Source: Candidatus Sumerlaeaceae bacterium (GTDB taxonomy: Bacteria; Sumerlaeota; Sumerlaeia; Sumerlaeales; Sumerlaeaceae). Taken from it: a stretch of 43,311 nt of DNA. The notes under the pieces were generated by a model. The model searched no databases, was not told the origin of the DNA, and was given only the letters and a program-made list of their open reading frames with translations. Where the stretch lies: positions 1 to 43,311 of the forward strand of contig JANZZJ010000261.1 of assembly GCA_026419455.1 (NCBI GenBank), given 5' to 3'. Below, one piece after another: positions 38,691-43,311 of this stretch. The stretch's first letter is position 1. Every line of letters begins with the position of its first letter. The translations under genes and the position numbers were made by a program.

Positions 38691-38977
38691 AGCTGTTTAC
38701 TCTCCTCTACTCTTTTATTGGGGTAAGTTGCGACGCCTCATTTTAGTTAAAGGCCAAAAAGGGGACAAATTCAATCTAAAAAGGGACATATCAGTGGGTT
38801 GTGAGCCGGGAGATAGAACTTCTTTCACTTCTATTATTTTTCGCTTGCGGCACGCATGTAACGGCTACGGAATGCCGCGCGGGAAGCGTAAACTTGGGGA
38901 GTAATTGCGGTTACGGTTGCAGTGTTGCTGCTGCACCCCCCAAGCTAGCAAAAACAACTGTGTGAAAGGAGCAGCGC

Positions 38978-41900
38978 ATGGCTGATCGAATTATGATCGC
39001 CGTTGACGGCAACGAAGCGGCAGCAAGTGTCGCTTACCGTCTCAACGAGGTGATCGCGATCTATCCAATCACTCCGTCGTCGCCAATGGGCGAGTTGTCG
39101 GATGAGTGGGCAGCAAAGGGAAAACCGAATTTGTGGGGAACTGTGCCCCAGGTCACTGAGATGCAGTCCGAAGGAGGTGCAGCGGGCGCCGTCCACGGCG
39201 CACTGCAGGCCGGAGCCCTGACGACCACATTTACTGCAGCGCAGGGTCTCCTGCTTATGATCCCTAACATGTACAAGATTGCCGGTGAATTAACTGCTAT
39301 GTGCATGCACGTGACGGCGCGCACGGTGGCAACACATGCGTTGTCCATCTTCGGCGATCACTCCGACGTCATGGCGTGCCGGCAAACAGGATTCGCCCTG
39401 CTTGCATCCGGAAGTGTGCAGGAGGCGCATGATTTCGCGTGCATCGGTCAGGCAGCGTCGCTTCATTCGCGAGTCCCATTCTTGCATTTCTTTGATGGGT
39501 TCCGCACATCACACGAAGTTTCGAAGATTTGCTACCTGACGGACGATGAACTTCGTCAAATGGTGCCAGATGAGCTTATCGCTGCTCATCGAGCGCGGGC
39601 CATGAATCCAGAGAAGCCTGTCCTTCGAGGAACGGCTCAAAATCCGGATGCTTTTTTCCAAGCACGAGAAGCATGCAATCCGTTCTATTTTGCCTGCCCC
39701 GGCCACGTGCAGGCGGTGATGGATCAATTTGCGAAAGTCACGGGAAGAGCTTATAAGTTGTTTGATTACGCTGGTGATCCTGAAGCCGAGCGCGTAATCG
39801 TGATCATGGGTTCCGGCGCTGAGACCACCCATGAGACAGTCGAGTGGCTGATGAGCCGTGGCGAGAAAGTGGGTGTGGTAAAAGTCCGCCTGTATCGTCC
39901 GTTTGACGTGAAGGCTTTCGTTGAAGCTCTGCCGGCAACGACCAAAGCTATCGCGGTGCTGGACCGGACAAAGGAGCCCGGCGCTGTTGGTGAGCCACTA
40001 TATCTTGACGTCGTAGCAGCTCTCGATGAGGCAGAAGCTCTCGGAATCTCCAAATTCGCGGCTCAGCCTAAAGTCATTGCCGGGCGCTACGGTCTCTCCT
40101 CAAAAGAGTTCACTCCGACGATGATCAAGGCTGTTTACGACGAACTCTCGAAGGAAAAACCGAAACGGCACTTCACCGTCGGAATTATGGATGACGTGAC
40201 CCACCTGTCGCTGTCCTATGACGCAGATCTCGACATTGAGCCGGACGATGTTCAGCGCTCAGTGTTCTTCGGTCTCGGGTCCGATGGTACGGTGGGGGCC
40301 AATAAGAACTCCATCAAGATCATCGGTGAAGAGACGGATAACTGGGCACAGGGTTACTTCGTCTACGACTCAAAGAAGGCTGGAGCCGTGACCATATCCC
40401 ACTTGCGGTTCGGCCCACGCCCGATCCGAAGCGCCTATCTTGTCAGGAAAGCCCAGTTTGTTGGCTGTCATCAGTACAACTTCCTCGAGAAGTACGATGT
40501 GCTTGACTATGCGGCGCCTGGGGCTGTTTTCCTGCTTAACTCCCCACTAGGGCCTGACAAGGTCTGGGACGATCTGCCACGAGAAGTGCAAGAGCAGATC
40601 ATCGAGAAAAAGATCAAGTTCTACGTGATCGACGCTTACGATGTGGCGGCTAAAACGGGTATGGGGCGCCGCATCAACACCATCATGCAAACGTGCTTTT
40701 TTGCAATCTCCGGGGTGCTGCCGCGCGATGAGGCTATCGCTCAAATCAAAAACGCCATCGAAAAGACTTACGGCAAGAAGGGGTCGGAGGTGGTTAAGAA
40801 AAACTTTGAAGCCGTGGACCAGACGCTTGCCAACCTGTTTGAGGTCCCGGTACCTGCGCAGGCCACATCTCAGAAACGGCGGCCGCCGATCGTCGCAGAT
40901 GAAGCTCCGGACTTCGTAAAGCGCGTGACTGCTGTGATGCTGGCTAACAAAGGCGACCTCTTGCCCGTGAGTGCTTTCCCAGTGGACGGCACGTGGCCTA
41001 CTGGCACAGCAAAGTGGGAGAAGCGAGCCATTGCGCTTCAAATTCCTGTATGGGATCCGAAGATTTGCATCCAGTGCAACAAATGCTCGCTGGTGTGCCC
41101 GCATGCAGCGATTAGGCCTAAAATCTATGATCCGTCGTACCTCGAGAAGGCGCCGGCAACGTTCAAGAGCGTGGACTTCCGCTCGCCAGAGTTCAAGGGG
41201 CTCAAGTACACGTTGCAAGTGGCCCCTGAGGATTGCACCGGCTGTGAGGTGTGCGTAGCCGTTTGCCCGGCGAAAGATAAAACCAACCCGAAGCACAAAG
41301 CTCTCGACATGAGTCCGATGCCGCCGTTGCGGGAAAGTGAGCGTGAGAATTTCAAGTTCTTCCTCGAGCTTCCTGAGTTTGATCGCGCAAAGCTGGAGAT
41401 CTCGGTTAAAGGCACTCAGTTCATGGAGCCGCTCTTCGAGTTTTCGGGAGCTTGCGCCGGCTGCGGCGAAACACCCTACGTGAAACTGCTCACGCAGATG
41501 TTCGGCGATCGTGCCCTTATCGCCAACGCAACCGGATGCTCCTCAATCTACGGCGGCAACCTTCCGACGACACCCTACACAACGAACCGCGACGGCCGCG
41601 GGCCCACGTGGAATAACTCGTTGTTCGAGGATAATGCGGAATTCGGGTTCGGCTTCCGGCTCGCGATTGATAAACAAAAGGAATTCGCTGAGGAGCTACT
41701 GAAGAAATTCGCATCGCAGATTGGCGAGCAACTGGTTAACGAGATTCTCACAGCCGATCAGAACACCGAGACCGGCATCGCTCAGCAGCGCGAGCGGGTG
41801 AAAGTGCTGAAAGAAAAGCTCGCGAAGATTGACAGTGACGATGCAAAGCGCTTGGCGCTACTTGCTGACTACCTTGTAAAGAAGAGTGTGTGGATCGTTG

Positions 41901-42553
41901 GCGGTGACGGGTGGGCGTATGACATCGGTTACGGTGGACTCGACCACGTCTTCGCCATGAACCGCGACGTGAACATTTTGGTACTCGACACAGAAGTCTA
42001 TTCGAACACGGGTGGTCAGCAATCGAAAGCCACACCACTGGGCGCAGCAGCGAAATTTGCGATGGCAGGTCGTGAGCTAGCAAAGAAGGACCTTGCACTC
42101 ATGGCGATGAGCTACGGCAACGTCTACGTTGCCCGCGTGGCGTTTGGCGCCCGCGATAACCAGACCGTTCTGGCGTTCAAAGAGGCAGAATCCTTCCCGG
42201 GAACGTCGCTCATCATCGCGTACTGCCATTGCATCGCCCACGGATACGACCTTGTCCACGGCCCAGAGCAGCAGAAGCTGGCTGTTGAGAGCGGTTATTG
42301 GCCGCTGTTCCGGTTTGACCCACGGCGTGCTGCTGCCGGTGAATCGCCACTGAAGCTGGATTCACCTCCGCCGAAATACGATGTTGCCGAATTCATGCGC
42401 AATGAAACGCGCTTCCGGATGGTTGAGCAAATGAATCCAGAGCGATTCAAGAAGCTTGTGGAGGCGGCTCGCCATGAGGTGCGGACTCGTTACCATCTCT
42501 ACGAGGAATTGACGAAAGCTTTTGCGGCTGACGGCGGAAAGAAAGACAACTAA
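38978..42553 (+). CDS. nifJ: Pyruvate:ferredoxin (flavodoxin) oxidoreductase, single-chain type
   Basis: YPITPSS, EMQSEGGAAG, DGFRTSHE, two CxxCxxCxxxCP ferredoxin motifs, GACAGCGETPY and GGDGWAYDIG. Confidence 0.97.
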   Translation: MADRIMIAVDGNEAAASVAYRLNEVIAIYPITPSSPMGELSDEWAAKGKPNLWGTVPQVTEMQSEGGAAGAVHGALQAGALTTTFTAAQGLLLMIPNMYKIAGELTAMCMHVTARTVATHALSIFGDHSDVMACRQTGFALLASGSVQEAHDFACIGQAASLHSRVPFLHFFDGFRTSHEVSKICYLTDDELRQMVPDELIAAHRARAMNPEKPVLRGTAQNPDAFFQAREACNPFYFACPGHVQAVMDQFAKVTGRAYKLFDYAGDPEAERVIVIMGSGAETTHETVEWLMSRGEKVGVVKVRLYRPFDVKAFVEALPATTKAIAVLDRTKEPGAVGEPLYLDVVAALDEAEALGISKFAAQPKVIAGRYGLSSKEFTPTMIKAVYDELSKEKPKRHFTVGIMDDVTHLSLSYDADLDIEPDDVQRSVFFGLGSDGTVGANKNSIKIIGEETDNWAQGYFVYDSKKAGAVTISHLRFGPRPIRSAYLVRKAQFVGCHQYNFLEKYDVLDYAAPGAVFLLNSPLGPDKVWDDLPREVQEQIIEKKIKFYVIDAYDVAAKTGMGRRINTIMQTCFFAISGVLPRDEAIAQIKNAIEKTYGKKGSEVVKKNFEAVDQTLANLFEVPVPAQATSQKRRPPIVADEAPDFVKRVTAVMLANKGDLLPVSAFPVDGTWPTGTAKWEKRAIALQIPVWDPKICIQCNKCSLVCPHAAIRPKIYDPSYLEKAPATFKSVDFRSPEFKGLKYTLQVAPEDCTGCEVCVAVCPAKDKTNPKHKALDMSPMPPLRESERENFKFFLELPEFDRAKLEISVKGTQFMEPLFEFSGACAGCGETPYVKLLTQMFGDRALIANATGCSSIYGGNLPTTPYTTNRDGRGPTWNNSLFEDNAEFGFGFRLAIDKQKEFAEELLKKFASQIGEQLVNEILTADQNTETGIAQQRERVKVLKEKLAKIDSDDAKRLALLADYLVKKSVWIVGGDGWAYDIGYGGLDHVFAMNRDVNILVLDTEVYSNTGGQQSKATPLGAAAKFAMAGRELAKKDLALMAMSYGNVYVARVAFGARDNQTVLAFKEAESFPGTSLIIAYCHCIAHGYDLVHGPEQQKLAVESGYWPLFRFDPRRAAAGESPLKLDSPPPKYDVAEFMRNETRFRMVEQMNPERFKKLVEAARHEVRTRYHLYEELTKAFAADGGKKDN

Positions 42554-42564
42554 GGGAGCGGACT

Positions 42565-43311
42565 ATGGACCTTTCGACAACCTACCTTGGACTGAAACTG
42601 GCTCATCCGTTCATGCCGGGTGCATCACCGTTGGTGGACGACCTCAGCGTTGTGAAGCGCTTGGAAGACGCCGGTGCTTCCGCGATTATCATGCACTCGG
42701 TGTTTGAGGAACAAATTCTGCGCGAGGGGATGGCGACCCTAGGTGCCATTGAAGAAACGTCTGAGGCTTACGCCGAAGCACTCAGTTTTTTCCCCAAGGC
42801 AGATGAATTCAGGCTAGGCCCCGATCAGTACCTCGAGCAGATTCGTAAGATCAAAGAGTGTGTCAGCGTACCGGTTATCGCCTCGCTGAACGGCTCCACG
42901 CCGGCGGGCTGGATCGAATATGCAAAACTCATCGAACAAGCAGGAGCTGACGCGCTAGAGCTCAATGTCTACATCCTTGCCACCAACCCGTGGGAGACAG
43001 GAGAGACCATAGAGCAGCGTGTGCTCGACATCGCCCGCGGAGTAAAGAAGGCGGTCAAAATTCCCGTCGCGGTGAAACTCTCGGTTTTCTATTCGTCGCT
43101 GGCTAATCTGGCGAAAAAGCTCGACGAAGTTCCGGTCGATGGCCTTGTGCTCTTCAATCGCTTCTATCAGCCGGATATTGACATCGAGAATTTAGAAGTT
43201 GTGCCCACGCTGCATCTGACCGATTCGTCGGAGCTTTTTATGCGCCTGCGCTGGAACGCGAGTCTCTACGTCAACGTGAAGGCAACGCTAGCGATTTCTG
43301 GCGGAGTACAC
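42565..43311 (+). CDS. Dihydroorotate dehydrogenase-like flavoprotein, 3'-truncated by the window edge (absent from the supplied ORF track)
   Basis: Translated by hand from ATG 42565 (GGGAG RBS): MDLSTTYLGLKLAHPF..., PVIASLNG, GADALELNVY, IPVAVKLS, GLVLFNRFYQPDID, AISGGVH. The frame is open to the window end. Confidence 0.9.
   Translation, partial: MDLSTTYLGLKLAHPFMPGASPLVDDLSVVKRLEDAGASAIIMHSVFEEQILREGMATLGAIEETSEAYAEALSFFPKADEFRLGPDQYLEQIRKIKECVSVPVIASLNGSTPAGWIEYAKLIEQAGADALELNVYILATNPWETGETIEQRVLDIARGVKKAVKIPVAVKLSVFYSSLANLAKKLDEVPVDGLVLFNRFYQPDIDIENLEVVPTLHLTDSSELFMRLRWNASLYVNVKATLAISGGVH

Noticed and set aside
40547-41296. 249-aa minus-strand ORF within nifJ
   Set aside because: Antisense shadow, consistent with the strong codon bias of a conserved gene.

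Overview
Gene-dense chromosomal window from a bacterium of moderately high GC, probably a diderm (TolC-family and LpxL-type genes). It is mostly housekeeping: T-box-controlled leuA, a minus-strand comEC-pduL-aroC-(aroK::cmk fusion)-plsC run, a MacAB-TolC-type exporter, GT4-glgC, tatD, a GT-C-like membrane protein, epimerase-argH, a DUF1998 (MrfA/Hrq1-type) helicase, an LpxL-type acyltransferase, a GldAFG-like ABC cluster, gltA, and nifJ (PFOR) followed by a DHODH-like gene. I saw no rRNA, tRNA, CRISPR array or transposase. The most unusual element is 15139-16700: an HTH-WYL regulator followed by two tandem, apparently non-coding cassettes. Each has an identical 21-bp GAC-N7-GTC box, a -10-like hexamer at the same offset, a 5' hairpin, a G/A-rich tract and an identical 11-bp terminal stem. 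I infer a WYL-controlled pair of small RNAs. The WYL protein also ends in a sliding-clamp-like motif (QPDLPL). All calls come from reading motifs by eye, with no database searches.
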